A stretch of DNA of 62,845 nucleotides, the filler included, from Collodictyon triciliatum (taxonomy: Eukaryota): the NCBI GenBank assembly GCA_043381765.1. It is 14 parts of 14 records of this genome, joined end to end, with 100 filler letters (N's around TTAATTAATTAA, not from the genome) between each part and the next. Parts side by side here need not be neighbours in the genome. Positions count along the whole stretch, not along the records: positions 9,006 to 13,406 come from JBHJMP010006143.1; positions 13,507 to 17,905 come from JBHJMP010006144.1; positions 18,006 to 22,403 come from JBHJMP010006145.1; positions 22,504 to 26,901 come from JBHJMP010006146.1; 10 more parts are not named here. One strand, written 5' to 3'. The position numbers were made by a program, and so were the translations under genes. Below, piece after piece: positions 13,291-24,421 of the stretch (position 1 is the first letter of the stretch; each line of letters starts with the position of its first letter). The notes beneath the pieces were generated by a model. The model saw nothing but the letters and a program-made list of their open reading frames with translations. It was not told where the DNA came from and ran no database searches.

Positions 13291-13765
13291 ACTTTTCCGT
13301 TATTATTCAAAACAAAAAACAAAAAACAAAAAACAAAAAACAAAAAACAAAAAACAAAAAACAAAAAACAAAAAACAAAAAACAAAAAACAAAAAACAAA
13401 AAACAANNNNNNNNNNNNNNNNNNNNNNNNNNNNNNNNNNNNNNNNNNNNTTAATTAATTAANNNNNNNNNNNNNNNNNNNNNNNNNNNNNNNNNNNNNN
13501 NNNNNNAAAAAAAAAAAAAAACAAAAAAACAAAAAACAAAAAAACAAAAAAACAAAAAAAAACAAAAAACAAAAAACAAAAAAACAAAACAAAAAGAACA
13601 AAAAAAACAAAACAAAAAAAACAAAAAAACAAAAAACAAAAAACGAAGGAACTCTGCACCTACGCACATACCCGCTTCAACAGAGCGCAAGGAACTTGTC
13701 TAGAGTGCCACACACTACCGCACAAAGTCTAACCTAAGAAAACCCACAGCGCCCTCACAAAGACC

Positions 13766-15278
13766 ATGGACATTCCTATCATCGATCTGGCACCGTTCCT
13801 CGAGAACCCGACCAGCGCAGAGGGCCTCGCGCAGTGCAGCCTTGTCAAGGACGCGTTGCATCAGTACGGAATCCTGATTGTGCGCGACCCGCGGGCCAAA
13901 GACGAGGAGAACAATCAGTTTCTGGACATCCTAGAAAAGTACTTTGAGCAGGCGGCTGAGCTCAAGAAGCAGGACGAGCGTCCCGAGCTGCACTTCCAGG
14001 TGGGCGTGACTCCCGAGCAGACCGAAGTCCCACGCGACCACACGCTGCGTATCCAGACCTATCCCGAAGACCAGCGCCCGCACAAGCCGCTCGGTGCAGA
14101 CGCCAAGTGGCGCTTCTTCTGGAGAATGGGGACTCAGCCGGAAAACACAAAGTTTCCCCAACTCAATGCCGAGCCTGTTGTCCCGCAGGCCTTTGCGCAC
14201 TCATGGACAGAAACCATGGATTCGTGGGGGAAGCGACTTATTGGCGCAGGTTTGGTTTCTCTCCCACCTCAGATATTCTGCAACATGCTGCCATATACAG
14301 TCGCTTTACATATGCGCTCATTTATTTTTGCTTTGTGTATGTTTATACATGTATANNNNNNNNNNNNNNNNNNNNNNNNNNNNNNNNNNNNNNNNNNNNN
14401 NNNNNNNNNNNNNNNNNNNNNNNNNNNNNNNNNNNNNNNNNNNNNNNNNNNNNNNNNNNNNNNNNNNNNNNNNNNNNNNNNNNNNNNNNNNNNNNNNNNN
14501 NNNNNNNNNNNNNNNNNNNNNNNNNNNNNNNNNNNNNNNNNNNNNNNNNNNNNNNNNNNNNNNNNNNNNNNNNNNNNNNNNNNNNNNNNNNNNNNNNNNN
14601 NNNNNNNNNNNNNNNNNNNNNNNNNNNNNNNNNNNNNNNNNNNNNATTAATAAAGAGGAAAAAAAAAAGAAGAGGTTGTATCTTCAATAAGCAAAACCCC
14701 TCGATTATCTTTCCATTTACACAGCCGAGACAGTCAGCGAAATGGCAGCTGTTGGCTTTGGCCTCCCAAAGGACATATTCACCAGCCTGATGGCCAATGG
14801 GCCACATCTTTTGGCGCCGACCGGGTCCGACCTGGGCAAGTACAACAGGCTCGGGGACATCTTTGCTGGCTTCCACTACGACCTCAACTTCCTCACAGCC
14901 CATGGTCGCTCCCGATATCCGGGCCTCTACATCTGGACCCGCGACGGACGCAAAATGGCGGTGCGGATGCCGCCCGGCTGCCTTCTTCTGCAGGCTGGCA
15001 AGCAATTCGAGTGGCTGACTGGAGGCCACGTCCTGGCCGGCTTCCATGAGGTTGTAGTGAGCGAGGCCACGCTAGAGGCGCTGGACAATGCCCGCCAGGC
15101 CGGACGCAGTCTGTGGCGCATCTCGTCGACTCTCTTTTCCCATATAGCCAGCGACAATGTACTCAAGCCTCTCGCCACCTTCAGCAGCCCCGAGGCCGAT
15201 GCAGAGTATCCCGCCACTCTTGCAGGCGATCAGGTCCAGGCTGAGCTCGAGGCCATCAACCTTGCCCAGACTGCATAA
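13766..15278 (+). CDS. 2-oxoglutarate/Fe(II)-dependent dioxygenase (isopenicillin N synthase-like fold)
   Basis: Starts MDIPIIDL. Exon 1 is 13766-14249, intron 14250-14724 (spans the N gap), exon 2 is 14725-15278. HxD triad FHYDLN...GFHEV, then WRISSTLFSH. Confidence 0.9.
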
Positions 15279-15419
15279 AGGTAGTCCTGCATGATGTCTT
15301 CACATCCAGCCGCAGCGTTTGGTTGCGTCTCATTAAATCGGCGGGTGCAATATCTGCCCTTGATAGCATATATCAATCTGCTCCTTTCTTACCTTCTGAT
15401 TCATTCCTGGCCTTCCCAA

Positions 15420-15421
15420 AT

Positions 15422-15500
<79 letters not shown>

Positions 15501-15501
15501 C
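15420..15501. repeat. (TTTCAC)n microsatellite
   Basis: Seen directly. Confidence 0.95.
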
Positions 15502-15589
15502 AATCGCAAGTAATATTATTGTTTTCCTTTTGATTATGAAAGTAGCGGTGGGGGAACGGAGTGCATGTTACTTGAATGGTTCGTCTTCT

Positions 15590-16222
15590 CTCTCTTCTGC
15601 CCGGTCCCCTCTCTTTTCCTATTAGCTTGCAGCTCTATGTCATCGTATTATCTTTTTATCATGTTGTTGAGTGCTCTCTTGCTCAAAAAGTGACAGAGTC
15701 TACCCACAAGATACTCTCTGAGATTGATTATGCTCCCAACCGACTCAGCGCGTCTGACATCCTGTTTGGCCCACAATACCAAATGACCCACGACTCCAGA
15801 ATACTCTGGACAGTCACAAGGGGACATATGCTGTGGTCCTTATGGAGTGTGCGTGCATTCTCTCGCTCCAATGATTCACCCGAACGAGAAATCAATGTAT
15901 CCAGGCTTGAGAGCCTCGTGCAATACAGCTTCCTGAAAAGCCTACTGAAACACACCCGCATTCTTCGCTACTCTGACCGCAAGCGAAGAGAGATGTGGGA
16001 ATGTGTCGTGCGATATCTCCCACAGCATATCCAACCCTGGTGCCCACGCAACCAATCAACCAGTTGGGACGCCCACCTGACCAACTCGCTATCACTGACT
16101 TCTTTGCAGTACTAGCCTATCCACAGAAGCGTCTTCCCCTACTTGCGTTTGCTCTCTCCCATGCGCACCTATCTCGCCCCTTTGTACGGCATGACCTCGC
16201 TGCACTTTGAATAGATACAGGA
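15590..16222 (+). mobile_element. 5'-truncated, frameshifted 3' end of an L1/Tx1-like ORF2 (C-terminal zinc knuckle region)
   Basis: YHVVECSLAQKV...DILFG...HMLWSLWSVR resembles the H-x-x-x-C...lW-x-lW-x-x-R end of L1-clade ORF2. After a frameshift near 16035 it ends ...HDLAAL-TGA-ATAGATACAGG. Homologous to 155-550 and 56995-57204. Confidence 0.7.
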
Positions 16223-16509
16223 ATTTTTTTGTCATGTTCTTTTAGAGTGGTGGGGATTGAGAGCGGAAGGTTCTAGAAGGCCAGTTGACATATTTGCTGC
16301 GCAGGTTCCAGAAGCTTCCTGGGTGCCTGAAGAAACCAAAGCCCTCGATAATTGCTGCTGAATCTATAAGAACCAGGAAACCACCCCAGGTGGTAGCCCA
16401 CGTGGACAATAGTGCAACAACAGATACACAAAGTACGCTATAGGGCACCCCGCACAAGCCAGTAAAACAGAAGACTCCCCGAGAAAAGGCCGGATAAGAA
16501 TAGTCACCT

Positions 16510-17580
16510 GTGGTGTGTCGACTTTCTCAAGGCGCTTTCCGCTTAACAAATACATTCTTTTGGTATTTCGCCATTTCCATGTACTCAAACAACAGCACTT
16601 TTGTACCTTATCCATTCTATGCAGACGAATGCTACCACAGCATTTTGGGAGCGCCCCAGCCTTTCTCGTTGATAAATGTAAGATTCCAACAGATGCTACA
16701 TCCACTCGCCCAGCAAACAAGATATAATGACATATGTTGTGCTGTTCATCCAAAGACTGCAAGACGCTCAATGAAAAGGGCTTCCCAAGCTTCAGGAATT
16801 ATTATCCCAGAACCAGCGGAGAAAAGACTCAAATATGACGCCTTACATACTCGACAGACACCGATGGTAAACAACGCAGCGCTAGACACCCAGATAGCAC
16901 CCCCTCACAATCAAACTATTCAAGATCGCATGGAAGCTCAAGCAACATCCAGCCTATGTGCTTTGCCAAACCAACGAGAAACACAGGATACATCTTTGAA
17001 AAGTGCATTCCAGTTTCAATTCACACAAAGCCAACCACACAGCTATACTTGCAGTCAGGATGTTTGTGACGAGTACAAAAAACGCAGAGGTTCTACCGAT
17101 TCAGTCGAGGATAGATGTGAGCAGCAGATGAGATATACCGAAGGTAAGGGATCTGCGATGTGGGGTCAGATGGGCTTAGTTCGATGTGCAAATCCAGCAC
17201 AATTTCCTGGTGATTATATTCTTCGATGCGTGAAGGGGATATCAAAAAGCGAGCTCGTCATTAGCTTCACACCACCTCTACAAAATGCACAGTCACAGGA
17301 TATAAACTTTGTAATTGCGCTTGACCCAACCATCTCGAACAGCAGCCTGTTCAAATATATGACACAGCATGATTCCTGCCAGCAGGATGGCTCGGACACT
17401 CGCAAAAGCAGGGATTGGAAGTTGGGCGAGCTCATAGATTTTCTGCGGTCAAGGAAGATTGTGATACCATCTATCCAAACTGATGTAGTAGCGGCGCTAA
17501 ACCCCCCAAAGCCTCGGAGACTCTTTGAGGAAATCAATGCAGATAGCACAGCTCCTGATGTGATGCTTGAGGACAAATAA
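16510..17580 (+). CDS. Intronless orphan ORF (about 330-356 aa), function unknown
   Basis: Long open frame with a disordered Gln/Ser-rich N-half containing NLS-like AEKRLK and KKRR, and a globular-looking C-half. No family recognised. Confidence 0.55.
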   Translation: MVCRLSQGAFRLTNTFFWYFAISMYSNNSTFVPYPFYADECYHSILGAPQPFSLINVRFQQMLHPLAQQTRYNDICCAVHPKTARRSMKRASQASGIIIPEPAEKRLKYDALHTRQTPMVNNAALDTQIAPPHNQTIQDRMEAQATSSLCALPNQRETQDTSLKSAFQFQFTQSQPHSYTCSQDVCDEYKKRRGSTDSVEDRCEQQMRYTEGKGSAMWGQMGLVRCANPAQFPGDYILRCVKGISKSELVISFTPPLQNAQSQDINFVIALDPTISNSSLFKYMTQHDSCQQDGSDTRKSRDWKLGELIDFLRSRKIVIPSIQTDVVAALNPPKPRRLFEEINADSTAPDVMLEDK

Positions 17581-17661
17581 AGAAAACAATATATATGTAT
17601 ATTTTAAAAAAAGGGGTTACTTGCGACAGACTAACCTTGGTTGTAAAAGCCGGCCTGTAGG

Positions 17662-17667
17662 AAAAAA
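17662..17667 (-). terminator. RNA polymerase III terminator (T6) after tRNA-Ser
   Basis: TTTTTT starts 7 nt downstream of the tRNA 3' end on the minus strand. Confidence 0.8.
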
Positions 17668-17673
17668 TAACAT

Positions 17674-17755
17674 CGACACTGACAGGATTTGAACCTGTGC
17701 GGGCAGAACCCAACAGATTTCTAGTCTGTCGCCTTAACCGCTCGGCCACAGTGTC
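17674..17755 (-). tRNA. trnS(AGA): tRNA-Ser (anticodon AGA), intronless
   Basis: GACACTGTGGCCGAGCGGTTAAGGCGACAGACTAGAAATCTGTTGGGTTCTGCCCGCACAGGTTCAAATCCTGTCAGTGTCG folds as a cloverleaf with a long variable arm and A/B boxes. Confidence 0.97.
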
Positions 17756-18005
17756 TTCTTGCAGTGGTGAGTGAAAGTAACTATTAAATAATAATATAAT
17801 TAAATATTTTCTCTTCCATTTTCGCCCTGATCAAAGGTATTTTACACTTAAAGAAAAAAACAAAAAACAAAAAACAAAAAACAAAAAACAAAAAACAAAA
17901 AAACANNNNNNNNNNNNNNNNNNNNNNNNNNNNNNNNNNNNNNNNNNNNTTAATTAATTAANNNNNNNNNNNNNNNNNNNNNNNNNNNNNNNNNNNNNNN
18001 NNNNN

Positions 18006-21000
18006 GTTGATTCCGATTCCATTCGAATGGAAGGACAAGAATTCGCATGTGTTCAATATTCTGGGATGAATCCATCCAAGTTTATCGGCAAATCGGTCTC
18101 TCATTTCAGCCCAAAATGCCACTGCTTCGTTATGTAGCTTGTTATCCTTGCAGTATCGGTGTGCAGTCTCACAAGCCACCCAGCAGTCCCAGTTTTCATA
18201 GGATGACTTTTCGCTGTGTCTGACAGCAGCTGTTTTGTAAAGCTGAATGACGGCTTCATGCTCTTTCTTATCTTCCAAAAGTTTCGCAATTCCTATGCAT
18301 TGTGAGCCATCTTTCATTGACATGATTGTCTTTGTCTCCTTTCTGATAGCAACTGCCTTCTGTAAGTATTCAACAACTTGGTCCAATCTTAAATAATAAA
18401 AATTGATTAAAATTAGGTTACTTTTATTTACACGTGGTTATCTTTAAGTACTCAATCCCAATAGAAAAGGCAATTTACCTTTGAAGCTCGAAGTTTGTTC
18501 TGCCAACATTCTCAAGAGAAGTCGCATAATCAGCATGCTTTTCGCCTAGTGTTCTCATGCGAATATCCAATGTCTTTGAATAGGACTCCAAAGAATATTT
18601 GAAGCTATAATAGTATAAACATACGAATTATTTTTTAATCTATACAACTAAAATAATTAAAAACCATATTTATAAAAAGAGATACTCCTTCAAATCATGG
18701 CTGATGTTTCCAATCTTTTCATAGCAGGCCACAACATTCGGATGGTTTTCACTCAGGGCAGACATGAAAATATCCAGCGATTGTTTTAATAAGGAAAAGG
18801 CTTCCGTTTTCCTATGAGAAAAAATACCTGAATATTTTATAATAGCAAATATATTATGAGAAATTACAGCGCCTAGGTAGGATCCGTTCAATTGAAATAT
18901 AAGAATCCTAATACAGATGCCATAAATTAAAAAAATTGTATAAAAGTATCCATAAGTTTAAAATTTTCAACTTTCCACTTGCAAGATGAACACTCGCAAT
19001 AAACTGGATTGTCGAGGCAACAGATGCATGCTTAGCTCCCAGCGATTTTTCAAGGATTGATTTCGCCTTTTCGTAGTTGTCAAAAGATTCTTCATACCTT
19101 ATTGATTCAATCATATTTGTCTTACGCAGAGTTATATTATAATCATATAAATCACATTTAATTAGATGACTGTGATACTTATTCTCAGCCAGAGAGACAT
19201 GGCCATAGTTCTGATGCGATATTGCGACAAGAGGGTGCTCGTTTCCGACTTTCTTTTGGCGAATTTCCATGGCCTTTTTGTATTCAGACATAGCTAGCTC
19301 ATTCCTATCATAAAAAATTGATCAGTGAATATTTGTAAAATAAAATAAGAAATAGGCATTCAAATTATAAAATATTACTTTGACTGCTTCACATAGATGT
19401 CTCCGAAGCGGTCATGCGATTGGGCCACTTGCAAGTCATTCTCGCCCAGTTGTTTGATTCTAAGCTCCAGCGATTTCTTGTATTCATCAAGAGCTTCATC
19501 AATTCTATTTTATAAGAAAATCAGAACACCTCCTTTTTTGAAACATTATTAATAATTTATTTTACAATTGAAAGAGAGCCTTACTTATCCTGTTGCTGAT
19601 AGATAATTCCCATTTCTTCATGAATGGTGGCAATACGCAAAGTATTATCTGCATTTTTCTCAACTAAATCGAGACATTTCTTGTAGTAGACCATGGACTC
19701 GGCCCAGCTGTTCAATTTATTTTTATTTAAGAAAAAATTGCATTACATTTAAGCAGTCATGCCCTGTAAAAGAATAATTTTTCCACTTTTGGAGGTTCTT
19801 GTAGACACGGCCAAGATTCAGGTAATCAGCCACCTTTGCATCTATGAATTAATACATTATTGAATGTCTCTATATATTTGTGTGTCTTCATAGCAAAAAA
19901 AATTAAAAAAAATAACGAATCGCGTGCCTTCGGTCTGATGCTTCGCAAGACGCACATTCAGAACAGACAACAAGAATGAGCTCTCAAAAGACTCCAAGAA
20001 AAATTCAACCAGCAGGTCTCCCACGTCATCCAAAGACTAAAAAATAAAATAATTAAAAGTTCAATCCTGATTCGCAATTACGTTTTGTGGGCAGTACCTT
20101 CAAAAGTACTAAATAATACTAAATAGTAAAATTACCTTAGCCAAGCTTCCGTAAATGTCTTTGTAGTTTGCCGCTCCACTTGCGTTGATTGCTCTCCAGC
20201 ATGTAAAGAACTCGTAGCGATAGCGACCACCAAGCATGACGCTGATAACCTATAAATTATATAAGAATTAATTAGTGAAAGTCTTTCATCAGACTGAAAA
20301 TAACCGAATAAAAATACAAATATACAAATTACATGTTTTTGCTTTATGTATTCGACAAGCAAATCAAACGAACTGCCCTTCAGAAGCTGGTAGCATAATT
20401 CAGCAGCAAGCTCTTCGTCCGCGTCAGCAGCCTCAGAATACTGGCCAAACAGCCATTTTCCATATTTTTCATGCGTTTTTTCCATCTCCTGGTTTTCGGA
20501 GAAGTAAACTTTTTCGGTGGTCTCCAACAGCAGCTGGTGGAAGTACATGTATCTATAATAAGCAATCATTAATATTATCGAAATGTAATTACACTGAAGG
20601 TGCGCCGATTAACAAATAAAAGGATTGAGAAATGAAACTAACCTTCCGTTGCGGACGAAAAGCGACTCGATGAGGGTAAAGAAGAAGGATTTCCTATTTG
20701 AATGGATAAAGGATAAGTTAAATAAATAAAGAGAATGATAAACCTTTTAATTCTATTAGAATTCAAGGGTAAGCAAACCACTCAGCAAGCTCGAATCCTG
20801 TGCCAATCGCATCTTTCATATACTTGTCCAAATCACCTTCGCTCAGGCCAATGCGGGAGACAAAGAGAACCTTCATCGAGAGGGACACATACTCGACCTT
20901 CATTGTCTCTTTTCCATCAGATGAGGGAACTATAATAAAAAAAAAAAGATTCGTTAAATAAAATTTGTAATTATAATTTGCATTGTTTTTTGTGAAATAT

Positions 21001-22393
21001 GAAATCAATACTCACCTTTCCTGTCAAACTTCAGTTGCCAGCGTTTGATAATGAGAGTGTAAAGCTCGATGACACCGTTGGTAGAAAGCAGCACAAACAG
21101 TTCGTCATCGAGCTTCTCATAGACACCAAAGACCCTGACTTCATCCAGAATGATGCGGAGATAGAGCGGATGGCCTATAAGAAATATCAGATAAGATAAA
21201 CTGAATTATTCCTTGAAAAAAAATTTTAATCAAATTATATATTCTTTTAAAAAATTAATATCTCACCAGTATCTTCCAGGTCATCCAGAATAATTCCAAG
21301 TTGCTTTTCGTTCAGGGTCTTGTCATAGCGAATGAGGAATGATTCAACACCATCCTTAACTTCGCCCTCGGTCAACTTGGCGACAGGAATCGGCTCCAGT
21401 CCACTTTGCTTGGCAGACTTATAAAAGAGAAATATAATAAACTTCTACTCAAATCATTTTTATGCAGAATATAAACATATCTCAAAATATATATAAAAAT
21501 ATTCAATACCGTGCAAGATTCATGGGTATGAATGGTCGAAACAACCATGGCAACATTAGGTGGTGTTTCTTTGGGCAACCAGGTCAGTATATGCGGAGCT
21601 GGCGTTCCTTGCGACGGGTGGATTTGGTTGATGGCATCGATGAGGAAGACAAACTTCTCGTCTCTACAATACATAATTTAATATTAATTTTTTGTTCCAT
21701 TCTAGTATTTGATTTCGATTTAAATATAAAATAATGCATAAAAATTGAAATATTACTTGTTTTTCTCCTGGATCATTTTCAGCAAGCCCTGGAGTCCCTC
21801 TTTTTCGTATTCTAGTAGCAAAATAAAGTAAACACATGAAGAATTGTTATACGAAATTTGAATTAAAAAGATAAAAAAATAAAATACAATACCAGCTTCT
21901 TGCTTCTTTTCCCTGACAAAGTTGGCAGAGTTTGTGACCAAAGTCCAGAAGCGAATCGAAACACTAAAATATACATAAATTATTTAAAAAACTAAATTGA
22001 ATTACATACTATTTTTAAAAAGGAATAGAAATATAAAATAACCTTTCCACGTAGTTGCTGAGATTGGTGCATCCGACAAAATGAAAAAAGACATGCAGCC
22101 CAGGATGCTTCAGCCCTTCGAGGTCTCTCGCTGTAGCAGCCATGAGCGACGACTTTCCAATCCCAGACTCAGCAGCAAGAACGATGATTTTGGATTTCTC
22201 GGTGCTCAGCTGATTCATGGCCTGATAAAAAAAATTTAAAAGAAAAAATCAAAGGAAATTGCTGTCATTTTAATTGATTGATTTTCATCTTACTTGCTCC
22301 GTAATTGTCTTGAGAAGCTCCTTTCTTCCGCCAAACCCAGCCAGTCGATGCATCTTGAACTGGTGCTGCGCTTGGTCTTCAGGGTCTCTCCCC
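18006..22393 (-). CDS. NACHT/STAND-like P-loop NTPase with C-terminal TPR repeats (NPHP3/TTC41/TEP1-like), partial, about 18 exons
   Basis: GFGGRKELL, Walker A AESGIGKSSLMA, VFFHFVG, Walker B FVFLIDAINQ, GHPLYLRIILDEVRVFG, then kinesin-light-chain-type TPRs (LGEKHADYATSL, VGNEHPLVAISH). Exon phases were checked manually. Confidence 0.85.
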
Positions 22394-22531
22394 TAGGGTA
22401 TAGNNNNNNNNNNNNNNNNNNNNNNNNNNNNNNNNNNNNNNNNNNNNTTAATTAATTAANNNNNNNNNNNNNNNNNNNNNNNNNNNNNNNNNNNNNNNNN
22501 NNNTTCATTACTGAAAATTTATTGTTATCAC

Positions 22532-22636
<105 letters not shown>

Positions 22637-22679
22637 GAATTCTGGAGGGATGAGATGGATAAAATGCATTCAACATCGA

Positions 22680-23560
22680 TGGCTGTGCGGCTGAATGCGT
22701 CTTTATGCTTGGGATATTTCTCGCCCCTCGGGAAAGAGGCGTTTGGTGGATGATGTGTTGGAAATAGCGGGAAGAACATCGAGAGGCTCATTATGAATTA
22801 GTAGATGAATGTGAGGGGAAAGGAGCAATAAGTAAGAAAATACATAATGCGTTAGGTCATTATGATAGATGCGAAGGAAAAGAATTAGATGAGGAGGTGT
22901 CGTTAGGGGCTGTTTGGATTCGTGTCGATCTTTCTGGAGCAAAATAAGCCCGAGAGTCCATGTTTTGGAATGAAATAGATAGTGGCCAAGAAAAAAAGTG
23001 AAGAGCAGGCCAGGTATCGATAGGGGATGATTACCGGAGGTTGTTGCTTGGTGCATCATAACAGAGGATATGGCGATATCTGATTAAACGGCAAATACAG
23101 AGATATTACGGAGCGGATGGAAACATAAGGGTGAGACCTTGCCTGGCCGACACATGGAAGAAGGAAAAAATAGAGAAATGAAGCAAAATAAGGCCCTAAT
23201 TGGGTGTGTAAGTGGATTGATACGTATCAAGCAATCGCGCGGTAATCCGTCCCGCCGCAGGCAGGGTAGCCTTAATGCCAGTCGAAGGAGTGCGTGTAAA
23301 CGGACTGTTTGTATGGTATTCGCCCATATCTCACAAAACCCCTCCTTGTATAATATCCTAGATTCCACAGAGAAGCAGGGTGAAGTGAGAGCTGGAATAA
23401 AGTCGGACTTATACATCGAAGGAAATCTTGTTCTTTCAACAGGTTGGTACCAAACTAACATCAAATAGGCTAACCTTAATCGCCTTGCACATTTCTCGCT
23501 CCGAAAGCATGATAACCAATCAAATATAATCAGACATTCGAGCGGCTGGGAGTAGAGATG
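22680..23560 (-). pseudogene. Possible decayed non-LTR retroelement ORF2 fragment (post-RT region)
   Basis: Broken intronless Leu/His/Pro-rich frames. SRILYKEGFCEIWANTIQTVRLHALLRLA loosely resembles the post-RT 'LY...GG.G......AL....R' segment. Weak. Confidence 0.3.
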
Positions 23561-23665
23561 AAGAAAGGGAGACAAGAGGAGAAGAGAAAATAAATCGGAA
23601 GCGGCGCAAGCATATATGTGCCTAAAAGACTAACCCCGGAGTGCCACAACACGACATCAGAGGAA

Positions 23666-24421
23666 TCAATTAAGCAGGTAGTCGATGGAATGTTTGCGCT
23701 TCTGCCTGGTTGCGGACTCGTCGGCTTTCTGCGCAGGAGGCGGGTGCTCGGAACTCTTGCCAGGTTGAGCGGCGGAATCCACGAACGGCGGGGAAAAAGC
23801 CCGGGCCGTCAGCTTTGGCAGCCTTGGCGGACGAGGTAGCGGGTCATCGGCAGGGACAAAGCGGGGTGAGATGTGATGCTTGTTGACCTGGGCCATGCGG
23901 AAGAGCCAGCGTGTGCGGCATTGGATGTCAGTCCGGTCGCCCAGAAGGCGGGCAACTTTGACCCACGCGCAGTCGCCAAACGAGCGAACTCCGTCTTCAA
24001 GGATGCGGTCCTCTTCAGCGCTCCAGACACCTTTCTTGATGTTTGGATTCAAAACTCGTGCAAAGCGTTGGGCACACTGCTTGGCCGACTTTCTAGCTTG
24101 CGGGCCGTCTCGGACCTCTGTGTCGGGCATGATTTGGCGGCTGTGATTCGTCTGCGGTTGTGGAGGCGTCTCTGATTGTGATGATATCTGTGATTGTGAT
24201 TGCGACGGAATGGGTGATTGGGCGCCAACAGCATTGACTCGCTGTGCAACTTCGCTCCAACGCCGGCCTACCAAGCCGCCCTCGATGATTTCTTGGTCCT
24301 GCTCTTTGCTCCAGTTGGACTGCGCCTTGCGGAACTCGATTGTCTGCTGCGATGTTACGTGCGCGTCTGAGGGCGTCAAAAGGACAATCTGCATACTCCT
24401 TTTCTTGTTGTCGCTGCTCAT
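23666..24421 (-). CDS. Myb-domain transcription factor (two repeats), intronless
   Basis: WSKEQD...RWSEVA...RKSAKQCAQRFARVLNPNIKKGVWSAEEDRIL...WVKVARLLGDRTDIQCRTRW; complete from ATG to stop. Confidence 0.92.
   Translation of the reverse strand: MSSDNKKRSMQIVLLTPSDAHVTSQQTIEFRKAQSNWSKEQDQEIIEGGLVGRRWSEVAQRVNAVGAQSPIPSQSQSQISSQSETPPQPQTNHSRQIMPDTEVRDGPQARKSAKQCAQRFARVLNPNIKKGVWSAEEDRILEDGVRSFGDCAWVKVARLLGDRTDIQCRTRWLFRMAQVNKHHISPRFVPADDPLPRPPRLPKLTARAFSPPFVDSAAQPGKSSEHPPPAQKADESATRQKRKHSIDYLLN

Noticed and set aside
17580-17674. Dictyostelium TRE3-like tRNA-targeted retrotransposon about 100 bp downstream of the tRNA
   Set aside because: The adjacent ORF shows no ORF1, endonuclease or RT motifs, and the real LINE remnant is about 1.4 kb away.
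18006-22393. Possible stop-codon reassignment suggested by fragmented ORFs
   Set aside because: Manual splicing of the TPR, SRPK, CPI1, TM9SF3, FAB1 and cyclase genes gives open frames in the standard code, and TAA, TAG and TGA all end genes.
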